From: an uncultured Planctomycetia bacterium
GTDB taxonomy: Bacteria; Omnitrophota; Gorgyraeia; Tantalellales; Tantalellaceae
Direction: 5' to 3'
DNA: 64,000 nt
Assembly: GCA_964527555.1 (NCBI GenBank)
Contig: CAZGOG010000004.1
Location: forward strand, 10,593 to 74,592
Below are positions 1 to 10,943 of the stretch, piece by piece (the first letter of the stretch is position 1; every line of letters starts with the position of its first letter). The translations under genes and the position numbers were made by a program. Below the pieces are notes generated by a model. It was given only the letters and a program-made list of their open reading frames with translations. It did not search any database and was not told the origin of the DNA.

Positions 1-859
1 GGTTCTCTTTCCATTTTTTATAGACTTTCACCCAGAGATTCAGATACACGCCTCTCTCAAGAAGCTTTTCAATGTCAATGCGTGCCGTCTCCCCGATTTT
101 TTTCATCATGGAGCCGTCTTTACCGATGACGATGGCTTTCTGGCTGGTGCGTTCCACAAAGATAGTGGCGTAGATCTTTAGCGGGCCTTTGGCAGAGTCG
201 GTTATCTCGTCGATGACCACCGCCACGGAATGGGGAACTTCCTCGTAGGTTTCCGTAAGGACTTTTTCTCTTATGATCTCCTGGATCATGAATTCGTTAG
301 TTTTGTCGGTCAGCTGGTCTTCCGGGTAGAGTAGGGGCCCTTCGGGAAGGTAAGACTTTATTACTTCAAGGAGCTCATCCAGGTCGTTCTGCTTAAGGGC
401 GCATATAGGGACGATCTCGTTGAAGGGGTAGAGGCTTTTAGCTTTCTTTATCAAAGGCAGAAGTCGCTTTTTTTCTTTAAGTTTGTCCGCTTTGTTTATG
501 ACAAAGATGACTTTTTTATTTTCTTCAGGTTTTGGAAGCCGGTTAAAGATATTCTCGTCGTCCTTGTTGAAAGCGCTTCTCGGGTCCGTGACAAAGAGGA
601 TTATGTCTGATTCCATAAGCGTGGATTGCGCGCGTGTAAGCATTATTTTGCCGAGAAGGTCATGCGGTTTATGTATGCCCGGCGTATCGACGAAGATTAT
701 CTGGCAGGCGTTTTCGGTCAATACCCCGCGTATATTGTCCCGCGTTGTTTCGGGCTTTTTGCTGATAATAGCGACCTTTTCTTTTAAAAAGCCGTTCAGC
801 ATGGTCGATTTACCCACGTTTGGCTGGCCTGATATGGCGACAAAACCTGATTTACCCAT
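1..859 (-). CDS. era: GTPase Era (C-terminus runs off window start)
   Basis: The reverse-complement translation from the ATG at 859-857 reads MGKSGFVAISGQPNVGKSTMLNGF..., with P-loop, DTPG and (V)INKAD motifs and a KH-like tail. No stop occurs before position 1. The listed + ORF 483..869 is the antisense shadow. Confidence 0.85.
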   Translation of the reverse strand, partial: MGKSGFVAISGQPNVGKSTMLNGFLKEKVAIISKKPETTRDNIRGVLTENACQIIFVDTPGIHKPHDLLGKIMLTRAQSTLMESDIILFVTDPRSAFNKDDENIFNRLPKPEENKKVIFVINKADKLKEKKRLLPLIKKAKSLYPFNEIVPICALKQNDLDELLEVIKSYLPEGPLLYPEDQLTDKTNEFMIQEIIREKVLTETYEEVPHSVAVVIDEITDSAKGPLKIYATIFVERTSQKAIVIGKDGSMMKKIGETARIDIEKLLERGVYLNLWVKVYKKWKEN

Positions 860-967
860 AGCGCAGTAATTATAGCAGTAAGAGAAACTTATGTAAAGGC
901 GTAGCATGTATATAATATTTCAGGGACGGCAGGGCTATGCATAAATCCGTATTTTATTAAAAAAACA

Positions 968-995
968 TTGGCAATTCATGTTTTAAAAGTATAAT
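968..995 (+). promoter_or_regulatory. sigma70-like promoter upstream of mgtE (TTGGCA-16-TATAAT)
   Basis: ttggca at 968-973, a 16-nt spacer, tataat at 990-995. The mgtE ATG at 1069 lies about 70 nt downstream. Confidence 0.4.
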
Positions 996-1068
996 AATAG
1001 GGTGATATTAATACAATCAGCACTTTTCTACTTGATAGACTCAAGTTCTTAAAAACCGCACGATTATT

Positions 1069-2439
1069 ATGGACGAGAGAAAAAAACCCGAAAACAAAGA
1101 AATCCGGACGACCGAAGAGAGAATAAACCGCATCAGGAAGCTCCTGGGAAAGTCCAAAGACAGTGAGGTGCGCGAGTTTCTTAAGGAGATGGCGCCTGAA
1201 GACGTGGCGGAACTGTTGGGAGAGTTTTCCGCTGGAGATAAGATAAAGATATTTAACTTGCTAAGCGCGGAAAACGCGGCCGTCGTGCTTGATGATACCG
1301 ATCCCGGGTCCCGCCTTCAGATCCTCCAGGGAGTCGAAAGCGATAAGCTTTCCAGTATTTTTGACCAGATGCCGGTAGACGAGGCCGCCGACGTTATAGA
1401 AGAGGTGCCGGAAGAAGACCGGGAAGATTTTCTGGATCTCATGGAGGAAAAAGACGCCGAAGAAGTCGAGGATATCCTCAGCTACCCGGAAGATAGCGCA
1501 GCCCGCGTTATGAACACCGCGTTTATCTCCATCGATGAGGCGAGTGACGTGGAAAACGCTGTTGCGCATATCCGCAGTCTTGAGATCGACGAGGAAGTCT
1601 TTTATATTTATGTGACTGATAAAGAAGGAAAACTGTGCGGGATAGTGCCGATGAGTAAGCTGGTGACTTCCCGCAAAGGGACGCTTATTAAAGACATCAT
1701 GGAGGAAGAAGTCTATTCGGTTCTTGTTGATGAAGACCAGGAAAAAGCGGCTCATATCATGAAAAAGTACGATCTTTTTTCCCTCCCGGTAGTGGATAAA
1801 GAGGGCCGTCCCGTTGGTCGCATAACCGCGGATGACATCATAGACGTCATGGATGAAGAGCACGGGGAGGATATAAGCCGGATGACCGGGACTATAGAGG
1901 AAGAGCAGGGTACCGAGACGGCATTCAAAGCGGCACAGAACCGCCTGCCCTGGCTTGTTACATGTATGCTCGGAAGCATAATTACGGGACTGGTCATACA
2001 ATTGTTCGAGATAACGATCGCCGAGACTATCGCGCTTGTCTCATTCATACCGGTGATTACGGCAACCGGCGGGAATTCGGGTGTACAGGCTTCGACCGTT
2101 GTGGTGAGAGAAATAGCTTTGGGGACCATGGGGTTTGCCAGGGTCGGAGAAGAAGTGTGGCGGCAGCTTAAAATAGCGCTTGGGCTGGGACTGGTCTGCG
2201 GGACCGTGCTTACCGTTCTTGCCGACATCTGGAAAAAAAACAGTACGGTGGGGATGATAGCGGGAGTTTCGATTTTTCTGGTCGTGGTATGGTCGAATAT
2301 CGTAGGCGTTGTAACGCCGGTCATCTTCCAAAAGATACGGATAGACCCGGCCATAGCATCCGGTCCGCTTATTACCACTTTAAACGATGTAATCGGAGTT
2401 TTTATTTATCTGAGTGTCGCGACGTTTTTCTTGGTATAA
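1069..2439 (+). CDS. mgtE: Mg2+ transporter MgtE (MgtE_N + CBS pair + TM domain)
   Basis: 456 aa with an acidic N-domain and CBS-like segments. The C-terminal TM domain carries GNSGVQASTVVVREIALG, typical of MgtE. Confidence 0.9.
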   Translation: MDERKKPENKEIRTTEERINRIRKLLGKSKDSEVREFLKEMAPEDVAELLGEFSAGDKIKIFNLLSAENAAVVLDDTDPGSRLQILQGVESDKLSSIFDQMPVDEAADVIEEVPEEDREDFLDLMEEKDAEEVEDILSYPEDSAARVMNTAFISIDEASDVENAVAHIRSLEIDEEVFYIYVTDKEGKLCGIVPMSKLVTSRKGTLIKDIMEEEVYSVLVDEDQEKAAHIMKKYDLFSLPVVDKEGRPVGRITADDIIDVMDEEHGEDISRMTGTIEEEQGTETAFKAAQNRLPWLVTCMLGSIITGLVIQLFEITIAETIALVSFIPVITATGGNSGVQASTVVVREIALGTMGFARVGEEVWRQLKIALGLGLVCGTVLTVLADIWKKNSTVGMIAGVSIFLVVVWSNIVGVVTPVIFQKIRIDPAIASGPLITTLNDVIGVFIYLSVATFFLV

Positions 2440-2505
2440 GATGGGAATAAGAGGGCTTGTTAAATAGTCCTTGTGTGCGTAAAAAACAAAAAGTGGAGGT
2501 CGATA

Positions 2506-2691
2506 ATGGGAAAAGTATTGAGTTTACTGATCGGGGCGATCGTAGCGGTTGTGGGTGTCATACTTCTTATCGCATGGTGGTATGAATTCCTGTTTATGCT
2601 TAGGGGGGCTCTGCCCGTACTTCTCATACTGGGCGGCGGCATCGCCGTTGCGGCAGGTCTTAGTGAGCTTAAGGATGTCTTAAAAAAATAA
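2506..2691 (+). CDS. small two-TM membrane protein (hypothetical)
   Basis: A ggagg SD lies 6 nt upstream of the ATG at 2506 (an internal Met of track ORF 2473..2691). MGKVLSLLIGAIVAVVGVILLIAWW... gives two hydrophobic helices. Confidence 0.45.
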   Translation: MGKVLSLLIGAIVAVVGVILLIAWWYEFLFMLRGALPVLLILGGGIAVAAGLSELKDVLKK

Positions 2692-2706
2692 AACGCCTGT
2701 TTTAGC

Positions 2707-3282
2707 ATGAAAAAACCTGCGAAATATGCATATTTTGGGCTGGGCGTACTGGCTCTATTTCTTTGCTGCTCTGGATGCATGAAGGACCGCGCTGAGCTTG
2801 AGAAGAGAATACTCAGTTACGATCCGTCTTTCAAAGCGACTATTGAGAAGAGGGATTCTTTGCGTAAAGAACTGGGTGGCCAGCAGGCTATTTTCCTGAA
2901 GAACGTACAAGAGATTGACGGGTCTATAAGTGCCTTGAAGGAAAGAAAGGTTCAGGTAAGGAAGGAGTACTCATCACAGATCGACAGGATCAGAAGACAG
3001 ATGCAGCCGGATAAAAGGCAGCTCGAAAGAGAGCTGATGGAACGAGAGCGCCAGTATAGAAGCAAAAAAGATGATTTAAGGAACATCAAAAGAGACATAA
3101 AAGAGATCACGGCGCTGATGGATAAGAAAGATAAGCTTGCATTCACCCAGGAAGAGATAAGGACATGGGGCGACAGGCTTTCTTATCTTATCGAGAAGAA
3201 GGAAATCGTAAACGGCGAGATAGACAAGCTAAAGGACGAGATCGAGATAACAAAACTTAAAATCGCGGTTATTGAAGTGTAA
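2707..3282 (+). CDS. coiled-coil lipoprotein (signal peptide + lipobox, function unknown)
   Basis: The N-terminus LALFLCCSGC looks like a lipobox. The remainder is charged heptad-like sequence. Confidence 0.45.
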   Translation: MKKPAKYAYFGLGVLALFLCCSGCMKDRAELEKRILSYDPSFKATIEKRDSLRKELGGQQAIFLKNVQEIDGSISALKERKVQVRKEYSSQIDRIRRQMQPDKRQLERELMERERQYRSKKDDLRNIKRDIKEITALMDKKDKLAFTQEEIRTWGDRLSYLIEKKEIVNGEIDKLKDEIEITKLKIAVIEV

Positions 3283-3315
3283 AGATTCTTAAAAAATAAA
3301 AGAAGGGGTTTTTAA

Positions 3316-4884
3316 GTGAAAGTACAAAGGGCACTGGTAAGCGTCTCCGATAAAACGGGTCTGGAAGAGTTTGTTAAAGGGCTCGATAAACTGGGCATCG
3401 AGATAATCTCGACGGGCGGTACCGCTAAAAGGATAAGCGGTCTCGGCATACCCGTGAAACTCGTCTCCGCCTACACGGGCTACCCGGAGATGCTGGACGG
3501 CAGAGTCAAGACGCTTAACCCGAAGATCCATGCGGGTATCTTGGCACTGCGTGACAACAAAGACCATATGCTCAAGCTTGAGGAAAACGGGATATTAACC
3601 ATAGACATGGTGGTGGTGAACCTCTATCCTTTTGAAGAGACGGTGTCACGCGAAGATGTGACTAAAGAAGAGGCTATCGAGAATATCGATATCGGCGGGC
3701 CGACGATGCTGCGCAGCGCCGCCAAGAATTACCGTTTTGTTGCCGCAGTGAGCTCTCCTTCTCAGTATGAGCGCGTTTTGCGCGAGCTCCAAGAGAACGG
3801 CTCAGAGCTTGCAGAAGACACACTTAAAGCCCTGGCCGAAGAAGTCTTCGCCAAGACTTCCAGATACGACGCTCTTATAGCCCGGTATCTGGCGAAAGGT
3901 GAGAAGACTGCCTCCCGGGAGGAGGCGGAGCTGCCCGATAGAATAGACTTTCACTTCGAGAAAGTACGCAAGCTGAGATACGGCGAGAACCCCCATCAGC
4001 ATGCGGCGTTTTACCGTGACACTTCATCGCGTGACGCGGGTATATGCGGCTTGGAGCAGTTGCAGGGCAAGGAACTTTCCTTTAACAATATACTCGACCT
4101 CAACGCCGCTTTTGAGATGGTAAGAAGTTTTACGTCTCCCACGGTAAGCATAGTCAAACATAACAACCCTTGTGGTGTCGCCACGGCAGAGACGCTGGAA
4201 GAAGCGTATCTGGAGGCGCTTGACTCTGATCCGTTAAGCGCTTTCGGGAGCATCATGGGTTTTAACGGAGTTATTGACGGGAAGATGGCTGAGACTATAC
4301 TGGATAAAGCTGATTTCATTGAATGCATTATCGCCCCGGCGTATGAAGAGGAAGCCCTTACGGTCTTTAAAAACAAAAAGAACCTCCGTCTTCTGAAAGT
4401 TCCGCTTTTAGTAAAATCTTCGACGAGCGAGCGGGACCTCAAAAAAATACGCGGAGGAGCGCTCATCCAGGATATAGACGAGAGGGCCGTCTCAAGGGAC
4501 GATATCAAAATCGTTACAAAACAAAAACCTTCGAACGATCAACTGGAGTCGCTTTTATTCGCATGGAAGGTCGTAAAATACGTCAAAAGTAACGCTATTG
4601 TGTTATCCCGTGGGACAAAGACTGTCGGTATAGGCGCGGGACAGATGTCGCGCGTTGATTCAGTGATAATAGCCATACGTAAAGCTGCCGAAAGGGCAAA
4701 AGGCGCATCTTTAGCCAGTGACGCGTTTTTCCCCAAGACGGATTCCATAGAAGCAGCCCAGAAAGCCGGCATAAGCTCCATTATACAGCCCGGCGGGTCC
4801 ATACGCGATGAAGAGATAATCGAAGCATGTAACCGTCTAAAAATCCCCATGGTCTTTACCGGGGTCCGGCACTTTAAACATTGA
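3316..4884 (+). CDS. purH: bifunctional AICAR formyltransferase / IMP cyclohydrolase PurH
   Basis: GTG start preceded by aagaagggg. The MGS-like N-domain reads VSVSDKTGLEEF...ISTGGTAK, and the 522-aa length fits PurH. Confidence 0.9.
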   Translation: MKVQRALVSVSDKTGLEEFVKGLDKLGIEIISTGGTAKRISGLGIPVKLVSAYTGYPEMLDGRVKTLNPKIHAGILALRDNKDHMLKLEENGILTIDMVVVNLYPFEETVSREDVTKEEAIENIDIGGPTMLRSAAKNYRFVAAVSSPSQYERVLRELQENGSELAEDTLKALAEEVFAKTSRYDALIARYLAKGEKTASREEAELPDRIDFHFEKVRKLRYGENPHQHAAFYRDTSSRDAGICGLEQLQGKELSFNNILDLNAAFEMVRSFTSPTVSIVKHNNPCGVATAETLEEAYLEALDSDPLSAFGSIMGFNGVIDGKMAETILDKADFIECIIAPAYEEEALTVFKNKKNLRLLKVPLLVKSSTSERDLKKIRGGALIQDIDERAVSRDDIKIVTKQKPSNDQLESLLFAWKVVKYVKSNAIVLSRGTKTVGIGAGQMSRVDSVIIAIRKAAERAKGASLASDAFFPKTDSIEAAQKAGISSIIQPGGSIRDEEIIEACNRLKIPMVFTGVRHFKH

Positions 4885-4940
4885 TCTCAGGGGCCGGGTC
4901 GTTGTTCTTAAGAGAATAACGATTATACAAGTGAAATCTT

Positions 4941-6257
4941 ATGCTTACCTACACTCAAACCCTCGAATATCTGGATTCTTTGGTTAACTATGAAAAGACG
5001 GGGATCCCCCCGGGTAAAAAAGATTTTGATCTGGACAGGCTTAAGGAAGCCTTGAAAGTTCTGGGAGGCCCCGAGCGCACTTACCGTTCGGTTCATATCG
5101 CCGGGACGAAAGGCAAGGGTTCCGTCTCTACGTTTACTTCCGCCATACTTGAGAGAAGCGGGTTCACCGTGGGCCTCTATACCTCGCCTCATTTATACTT
5201 TGAAAGGGAACGCATCAAGATAAACGGTGTAATGATCAGCGAGGAGGATTTTGCCGGTGCTTTCGATTTGATACTCGGGAGGCTCGGCGATCCTTTTTGC
5301 AGACAGTTCAGCTATTTTGAGATCTATACGTTAATCGCGATTGTTCATTTCAGCATGAATAAAGTGGATTTTGCCGTTTTTGAGACGGGCATGGGCGGAA
5401 GGCTGGATGCCACGAACGTGATCGATTCGGAAGTTTCTGCGGTAACGCCGGTGAGCTATGATCACATGGATTCTCTCGGCTATAAGATCGAAGAGATAGC
5501 CGGCGAGAAAGCGGCTATTATAAAGGGACGCTCACACTGCATAAGTTCTCATCAAGAGCCTTCCGTCATTAAGATAATAGAAGAGAAGTGCAGGGAGGCC
5601 GGCGCCTCTTTATCGGTCGTGGGCCGCGACATAACTTACCGGATCAGTCATATCGGCGAGGAGGGAAGCTCTTTTGACGTAGAGGGGCTTTTGAATAGTT
5701 ACCGGGGATGCCATACTAATATGCTGGGGGATTTCCAGGTGGCGAATGCCGCAACGGCTATAGGTATATGTGAGAAGCTCCTCGGGGATATCGGGGATAA
5801 AGGGATTTATAAAGACAGGGTCAAAGAAGGCATAAGATGCGCCTTTATCCACGGCAGGATGGAGGTCTTCTCCAAGGCGCCGCTTATCCTCATCGATGGC
5901 GCACAGAACGGGGATAGCGCCAGGAAACTGAAAAATTCTATTGAACAAATTTTTAGATATGATAGATTAATACTTCTCTTGGGGCTTTCGAAAGACAAGG
6001 ACATAAAAGGCGTGTGCGAAGAGCTTCTGCCGATTGCGGACGAGATAATACTTACGCGTGCTTCCGTAAAGCGCGCCCAGGACCCTTGTATTATACGGGG
6101 ATATATCAAAAGGAAGCCGGTGAGGGTGACCAGTGACGTCAAAGAAGCGCTCGGAGTAGCGTTTGAGACAGCTTCAAGAAGCGATATGATAGTGGTTACG
6201 GGATCATTCTTCTTGATCGGTGAAGCGGGCAAGCTGCTTTCCGCGGGAAAGTTGTAG
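4941..6257 (+). CDS. folC: folylpolyglutamate synthase / dihydrofolate synthase FolC
   Basis: The N-terminus is TLEYLDSL...HIAGTKGKGS, a Mur-ligase P-loop. The protein is 438 aa. Confidence 0.85.
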   Translation: MLTYTQTLEYLDSLVNYEKTGIPPGKKDFDLDRLKEALKVLGGPERTYRSVHIAGTKGKGSVSTFTSAILERSGFTVGLYTSPHLYFERERIKINGVMISEEDFAGAFDLILGRLGDPFCRQFSYFEIYTLIAIVHFSMNKVDFAVFETGMGGRLDATNVIDSEVSAVTPVSYDHMDSLGYKIEEIAGEKAAIIKGRSHCISSHQEPSVIKIIEEKCREAGASLSVVGRDITYRISHIGEEGSSFDVEGLLNSYRGCHTNMLGDFQVANAATAIGICEKLLGDIGDKGIYKDRVKEGIRCAFIHGRMEVFSKAPLILIDGAQNGDSARKLKNSIEQIFRYDRLILLLGLSKDKDIKGVCEELLPIADEIILTRASVKRAQDPCIIRGYIKRKPVRVTSDVKEALGVAFETASRSDMIVVTGSFFLIGEAGKLLSAGKL

Positions 6258-6270
6258 CGCTTTTTACCCA

Positions 6271-6391
6271 TGCACCAGAAGGCCACGCCCGTAAGGGCGT
6301 GGCCTTCGGTGCAGGGTTCCGCTTGACGGAAAGACTGAAACTGTGGATGCCATGGGCGTTAGCCCATGGAGCTTCACCTCCGGTTTTTTTT
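6271..6391 (+). terminator. extended GNRA-capped hairpin (6271-6313) plus second hairpin and T8 tract (6350-6391) between folC and mnmE
   Basis: TGCACC-AGA-AGGCCACGCCC-GTAA-GGGCGTGGCCT-TC-GGTGCA, then CCATGGGC-GTTA-GCCCATGG, then GGAG..CTCC followed by TTTTTTTT. The tract ends 20 nt before the mnmE ATG. Confidence 0.45.
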
Positions 6392-6411
6392 AAATTAATA
6401 AACCAGCAGAT

Positions 6412-7806
6412 ATGATGGCGAGACTAGATAATGATACCATAGCGGCTATTTCCACGCCTCTCGGCCAGGGGGGTATAGTGGTAGTGCGTATAAGCGGAAC
6501 GGATGCGACCGGTATCGCGGACAGGATATTTGACTCAGCCGGCGGCAGTAAACCCTCTTCGTTTGCCAGTTACACGCTTAGGCGCGGATATATAAAAGCG
6601 CCTAAAACTGAGGAAATAATAGATGAAGTGCTTCTTACCGTCATGCGTGCTCCGAAGACATACACGGCTGAAGACGTGGTGGAGATAAACTGTCACGGCG
6701 GCACGATGCCTTCAAAAAGGGTGCTTGAAGTGTGTCTCGATGAAGGGGCGCGACTGGCGGAACCCGGAGAGTTTACCAAAAGGGCCTTTTTAAACGGCAG
6801 GATCGATCTTTCACAGGCCGAAGCGGTACTTGATATTATAAGATCCGAGACCGAAGCTTCCAGGAAAATAGCTCTCAGCCAGATGCGGGGCGAGTTTTCC
6901 GCCAGGATCCGCGTTCTCAGGGATTCGATGATAGGGATACTTTCTTCTATTGAGCTTGCGATAGATTTTTCGGACGAAGACGTGGAATTTGCCAAAACTA
7001 AAGAGATTATTAAACGGGTGGAGGATGTCCACTCTTCCATCAGCGAGATACTTGAAACTTCTGAAAAAGGCATAGTCTTGCGTGAAGGCGCAAGTGTCGT
7101 CATATGCGGCAGGCCCAACGTGGGTAAATCGAGTTTGATGAATGCACTCCTGAGGGATGAGAGGGTGATCGTCACCCCTGTTGCGGGTACGACAAGGGAT
7201 ATTATCGAAGAAGCGATAAACATCAGCGGCGTAAAGGTGCGTATCTCTGATACGGCCGGTATAATCGAGACGAAAGACAGAGTCGAGATAGAAGGCATCA
7301 AGCGTTCCAAACAAAAACTCGAATGCGCCGATATCGTGATTTTTATGCTGGATAACAGCCTTCCATTATCCGGGAAGGACAAGGATATATACGATGCGAT
7401 TAAGGATAAAAGTGTCATAATCGCCGCGAACAAGTCGGATCTAAAGAGGCAGCTTGATATAGACGAAGTAAAAGCGTCTTTTTCCGCCGGCGAGGTTTTG
7501 GAAGTTTCCGCGCTTAAGAAGAAGGGACTTGGAAAACTTGAAAACGCCATAGCCGAAAAACTTTTTAAAGGAAAAGTAATAATACCGGAAGGCCCTATCG
7601 TGACGAATATGCGCCACAAGAAGCTTCTTGAGCGTGCCCGCACGGCGACGGGTAGGGCGATGGAGCTTGCCGGGAGTGAATATAACGGTGAACTGGTGGC
7701 AAGCGACCTTAATGAGGCGGTGCACCAGATGGGACTTATTATAGGCGAATCTATCGAAGATGATATCCTCCAGAGGATATTCCGCGGATTTTGCATAGGT
7801 AAATAA
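6412..7806 (+). CDS. mnmE: tRNA modification GTPase MnmE (TrmE)
   Basis: The G-domain carries [14 protein letters not shown] and NKSD, and the protein ends in the diagnostic C-terminal CIGK. Confidence 0.9.
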   Translation: MMARLDNDTIAAISTPLGQGGIVVVRISGTDATGIADRIFDSAGGSKPSSFASYTLRRGYIKAPKTEEIIDEVLLTVMRAPKTYTAEDVVEINCHGGTMPSKRVLEVCLDEGARLAEPGEFTKRAFLNGRIDLSQAEAVLDIIRSETEASRKIALSQMRGEFSARIRVLRDSMIGILSSIELAIDFSDEDVEFAKTKEIIKRVEDVHSSISEILETSEKGIVLREGASVVICGRPNVGKSSLMNALLRDERVIVTPVAGTTRDIIEEAINISGVKVRISDTAGIIETKDRVEIEGIKRSKQKLECADIVIFMLDNSLPLSGKDKDIYDAIKDKSVIIAANKSDLKRQLDIDEVKASFSAGEVLEVSALKKKGLGKLENAIAEKLFKGKVIIPEGPIVTNMRHKKLLERARTATGRAMELAGSEYNGELVASDLNEAVHQMGLIIGESIEDDILQRIFRGFCIGK

Positions 7807-7817
7807 AGGGAGGCGTA

Positions 7818-8384
7818 ATGGATAAAGAAAAAATAAAAAAAGCGGTAAAAGACATACTTAAAGCGATCGGGGAGGATCCTTCGAGAAGCGGACTTAAATA
7901 TACCCCCCAAAGGGTAGCGGATATGTATGAGGATATACTGAGCGGCATGAAAAAAAACGCCGAAGATGATCTAAAAGTGGTTTTTGAGGAAGAACATGAC
8001 GAGATCATACTTCTTAAAGACATTCCGCTGTATTCCATATGTGAGCATCATCTGGTCCCATTTATGGGGAGGGCGCATGTGGCATATATTCCTGATGGGA
8101 ACAGGATCACGGGTCTGAGTAAAGTCGTCAGGGTCGTTGACACCCTTTCCAGGAGGCTTCAGCTGCAGGAAAGGCTTACTACCGAAATAGCTGGAGTCCT
8201 GATGAAAAAACTCAAGCCCAAAGGGGTTTTGGTGGTCATAGAGGCGGAACATCTCTGTATGAGCATGAGGGGCGTACGTAAACCCGGCGTAATCACTACC
8301 ACAAGTGCGGTAAAAGGCATTTTTCGTACCAGCCAGAAGACCCGTTCGGAAGCCTTGTCACTTATAAGGCATTCCAGATGGTAA
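7818..8384 (+). CDS. folE: GTP cyclohydrolase I FolE
   Basis: Carries the CEHHLVPF motif and is 188 aa. Confidence 0.9.
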   Translation: MDKEKIKKAVKDILKAIGEDPSRSGLKYTPQRVADMYEDILSGMKKNAEDDLKVVFEEEHDEIILLKDIPLYSICEHHLVPFMGRAHVAYIPDGNRITGLSKVVRVVDTLSRRLQLQERLTTEIAGVLMKKLKPKGVLVVIEAEHLCMSMRGVRKPGVITTTSAVKGIFRTSQKTRSEALSLIRHSRW

Positions 8385-8519
8385 GGGCCCTCTTCTTTAG
8401 CGGCATAAGCAGAAAACCCTTTATTTTTTCAGTAGTCTATAATATAATTGGCTAATAAATTATATAGAAATATGCCCCTCAAAAGGCTTTAACAGACAAA
8501 AAAGATAGATTATAAGAAT

Positions 8520-8978
8520 ATGAATGATCATACCGATTTATGGTATTTTTTACATAACGATGTAGTCGTTAATACGTTTTTGGGATGGTTTGCCGCCCAG
8601 ACCGTTAAGGTTATTATGGGCGTTATAAGGGAAAAACGCTTTAATTTTAAATGGTTTGTGGGTACCGGCGGTATGCCGAGTTCACATGTGGCAGGGGTGA
8701 CAGCCATGGTCACAAGCGTAGGTCTCTACGAAGGAGTGGCGACGGCTCTGTTTGGAGTGACGCTTATGTTTACCATAGTGGTCATATGTGACGCCCAGGG
8801 TGTGAGGTGGTCTACGGGCAAGCAGGCAGAGATATTAAACAAGATAATGGACGATATCTACTGGAAGAAAAGGATCCAGGAAGACAGGCTGAAAGAACTT
8901 ATAGGCCACACCCCGATGCAGGTAGTAGCGGGTATACTCGTCGGACTTATAGTCGCATTTGCGTTATATATTTTCTAA
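8520..8978 (+). CDS. divergent PAP2 (acid phosphatase/vanadium haloperoxidase-related, YuiD-like) membrane protein
   Basis: 152 aa with 3-4 TM segments. It carries a GGMPSSHVAG motif typical of the DUF212/divergent PAP2 family. Confidence 0.5.
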   Translation: MNDHTDLWYFLHNDVVVNTFLGWFAAQTVKVIMGVIREKRFNFKWFVGTGGMPSSHVAGVTAMVTSVGLYEGVATALFGVTLMFTIVVICDAQGVRWSTGKQAEILNKIMDDIYWKKRIQEDRLKELIGHTPMQVVAGILVGLIVAFALYIF

Positions 8979-8996
8979 AAAGACAGGAGAGGATCC

Positions 8997-9953
8997 GTGC
9001 AAAGAAACGCCCCTGTTCTAATCATGATACTTATAGCGGTCTCTGTTATCACGGCGCTGTCGTTTTTCTCGATAAACAAGGCTTACCATGGACTCGAGGA
9101 GGCGGGCTACCTTGATAAATCTCAGCTGATTTATGACAGGGCCCAGGAATTTTTGGAGAGAAACGAGCGCGATAAAGCCATCAACGCTTTTGTGATGAAC
9201 ACTAAAGCGTATCCCACCTCCAGCTATACTAAGGAATCACTCAAGGCTTTGATATACATTTATCTTGACAGAGGCGATTATGAAAAGGCGGGGTATTATT
9301 ACAGGTCGCTGGTGAATAATTTCCCCGAGACAGAGGATGCCGATAAGATACTCGCCAGGATCGAAGAGCTTAACATGGAGATGCTTAAGTCCCGGTCTCC
9401 GGATGAAGAGAGCGTTGACTATAAAGTCCGGGCGGGGGACACCCTTTACGGTATCGCGAAGAAGTTTAATACGACGGTGGAACTCATCAAGAAAACCAAC
9501 AACCTTTCAAGCGATACTATACGTATGGGCCAGAACCTTAAGGTAAATATCTCGACGTTCTCCATCTTTATCGATAAATCCAGGAACACTTTAGTGCTCA
9601 AAAAGAATGAAGTGCCTTTTAAGACGTACAGGGTTGCGACGGGTGAGAATAATTCCACCCCGGTGGGCAGCTTCACCATCGTAGAGAAAATGATTAAGCC
9701 TCCATGGACGAAACCCGGTGTCGGTATAGTCATGCCCGACAGTCCCGAATATGAACTGGGTGAGAGGTGGATGGCTATTTCTGTTTCAGGATACGGTATT
9801 CACGGCACCAATGACGCTTCTTCCATAGGGAAACAATCGACTGCCGGATGCGTGCGTATGCACAACGGTGATGTTATCGAACTGTATGACATTGTTCCGG
9901 TAGGAACCCGGGTTGAGATAGTAAACGCCGAAGATGCTGTTATAAGACGGTAA
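8997..9953 (+). CDS. LysM-domain L,D-transpeptidase (YkuD family) with N-terminal TPR-like region
   Basis: GTG start with an aggagagg SD. The LysM domain reads [29 protein letters not shown]. The catalytic YkuD motif is HGT....AGCVRM. Confidence 0.75.
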   Translation: MQRNAPVLIMILIAVSVITALSFFSINKAYHGLEEAGYLDKSQLIYDRAQEFLERNERDKAINAFVMNTKAYPTSSYTKESLKALIYIYLDRGDYEKAGYYYRSLVNNFPETEDADKILARIEELNMEMLKSRSPDEESVDYKVRAGDTLYGIAKKFNTTVELIKKTNNLSSDTIRMGQNLKVNISTFSIFIDKSRNTLVLKKNEVPFKTYRVATGENNSTPVGSFTIVEKMIKPPWTKPGVGIVMPDSPEYELGERWMAISVSGYGIHGTNDASSIGKQSTAGCVRMHNGDVIELYDIVPVGTRVEIVNAEDAVIRR

Positions 9954-9976
9954 ACGATCAGCGGAAACGAATAAAC

Positions 9977-10933
9977 ATGGCTATTACCCTTGATTTCGAA
10001 AAACCTATAATAGAGCTCGAGACAAAGATCGAAGAGCTCAAGAAGTTTACCAGGGATGAACATATTGATCTTTCCGATGAGATAATCAGGCTCAATGAGA
10101 GGCTGGAGAAGCTCAGGAAAGAGGTATTTCATAACCTTACTTCCTGGCAGAAAGTGCAGCTTTCACGGCATCCGGACAGGCCCTATACGCTTAATTATAT
10201 CGACATGATCACAGAAGATTTCATGGAGATCCATGGTGACCGCCATTTTTCTGACGATAAAGCCCTTATAGGGGGGCTGGCCAGGATCGGCGGACAGAAA
10301 CTCATGATCCTGGGACATCAAAAAGGCCGTGAGACCAAAGAGAACCTTGAAAGGAATTTCGGTTGCGCTCACCCCGAGGGATACCGCAAAGCCATGCGTC
10401 TTATGAGAATGGCTGAAAAATATAATATACCGGTAGTTGCTTTTATAGATACCCCCGGCGCTTATCCCGGTATAGGCGCTGAGGAACGCGGGCAAGCCGA
10501 GGCGATAGCTTACAACCTTAGGGGAATGGCGGGGCTTAAAGTGCCCATACTCGTATTTGTCATCGGTGAGGGAGGTTCCGGCGGAGCCCTCGGAATAGGC
10601 ATAGGGGATAGGATATTTGTCTTGGAGAACGCCTATTATTCCGTGATCTCACCGGAAGGCTGCGCCGCGATACTGTGGAGGGAGCCTTCAAAAGCCTCTG
10701 CTGCGGCTAAGTGCCTCAGGCTGACAGCGCCGGAACTGCTCGAGCTGGGTATAATCGACGGGATAATACCTGAGCCTCTCGGGGGTGCTCACAGAAATCC
10801 CGTTCTTGCGGCAAACGAGATAAAAAAGGTCATAGACAAAAACCTTAAAGAGCTCTCAAAGCTTTCGGAAGATGAACTTCTTGATGCCAGGTACAGAAAA
10901 TACAGGAGTATCGGCGTATATGACGAGGGGTGA
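9977..10933 (+). CDS. accA: acetyl-CoA carboxylase carboxyltransferase alpha subunit AccA
   Basis: [15 protein letters not shown]... with the crotonase-fold motif GGSGGALG. The protein is 318 aa. Confidence 0.9.
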   Translation: MAITLDFEKPIIELETKIEELKKFTRDEHIDLSDEIIRLNERLEKLRKEVFHNLTSWQKVQLSRHPDRPYTLNYIDMITEDFMEIHGDRHFSDDKALIGGLARIGGQKLMILGHQKGRETKENLERNFGCAHPEGYRKAMRLMRMAEKYNIPVVAFIDTPGAYPGIGAEERGQAEAIAYNLRGMAGLKVPILVFVIGEGGSGGALGIGIGDRIFVLENAYYSVISPEGCAAILWREPSKASAAAKCLRLTAPELLELGIIDGIIPEPLGGAHRNPVLAANEIKKVIDKNLKELSKLSEDELLDARYRKYRSIGVYDEG

Positions 10934-10943
10934 TTTTAAAGAC

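Noticed and set aside
483-869. + strand ORF of 128 aa
   Set aside because: It lies antisense to the clearly recognisable era gene on the minus strand. It has a low-complexity translation and no motifs.
861-1068. Possible Mg2+ (M-box) riboswitch upstream of mgtE
   Set aside because: The 200-nt leader is AT-rich. It lacks the conserved GC-rich M-box helices and core motifs I would expect. Only a promoter-like element is supported.
6693-7910. 405-aa minus-strand ORF antisense to mnmE, plus 6811..7314 and 7441..7725
   Set aside because: The Ser/Ile-rich low-complexity translation is typical of antisense frames of a + strand gene with strong codon bias, and mnmE on + is unambiguous. The same reasoning applies to the other long antisense ORFs. 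These are 1261..2001, 1752..2378, 4011..4508, 12770..13339, 14190..14651, 15330..15767, 16481..16981, 17082..17588, 40498..41286, 52473..53060 and 57507..58013.
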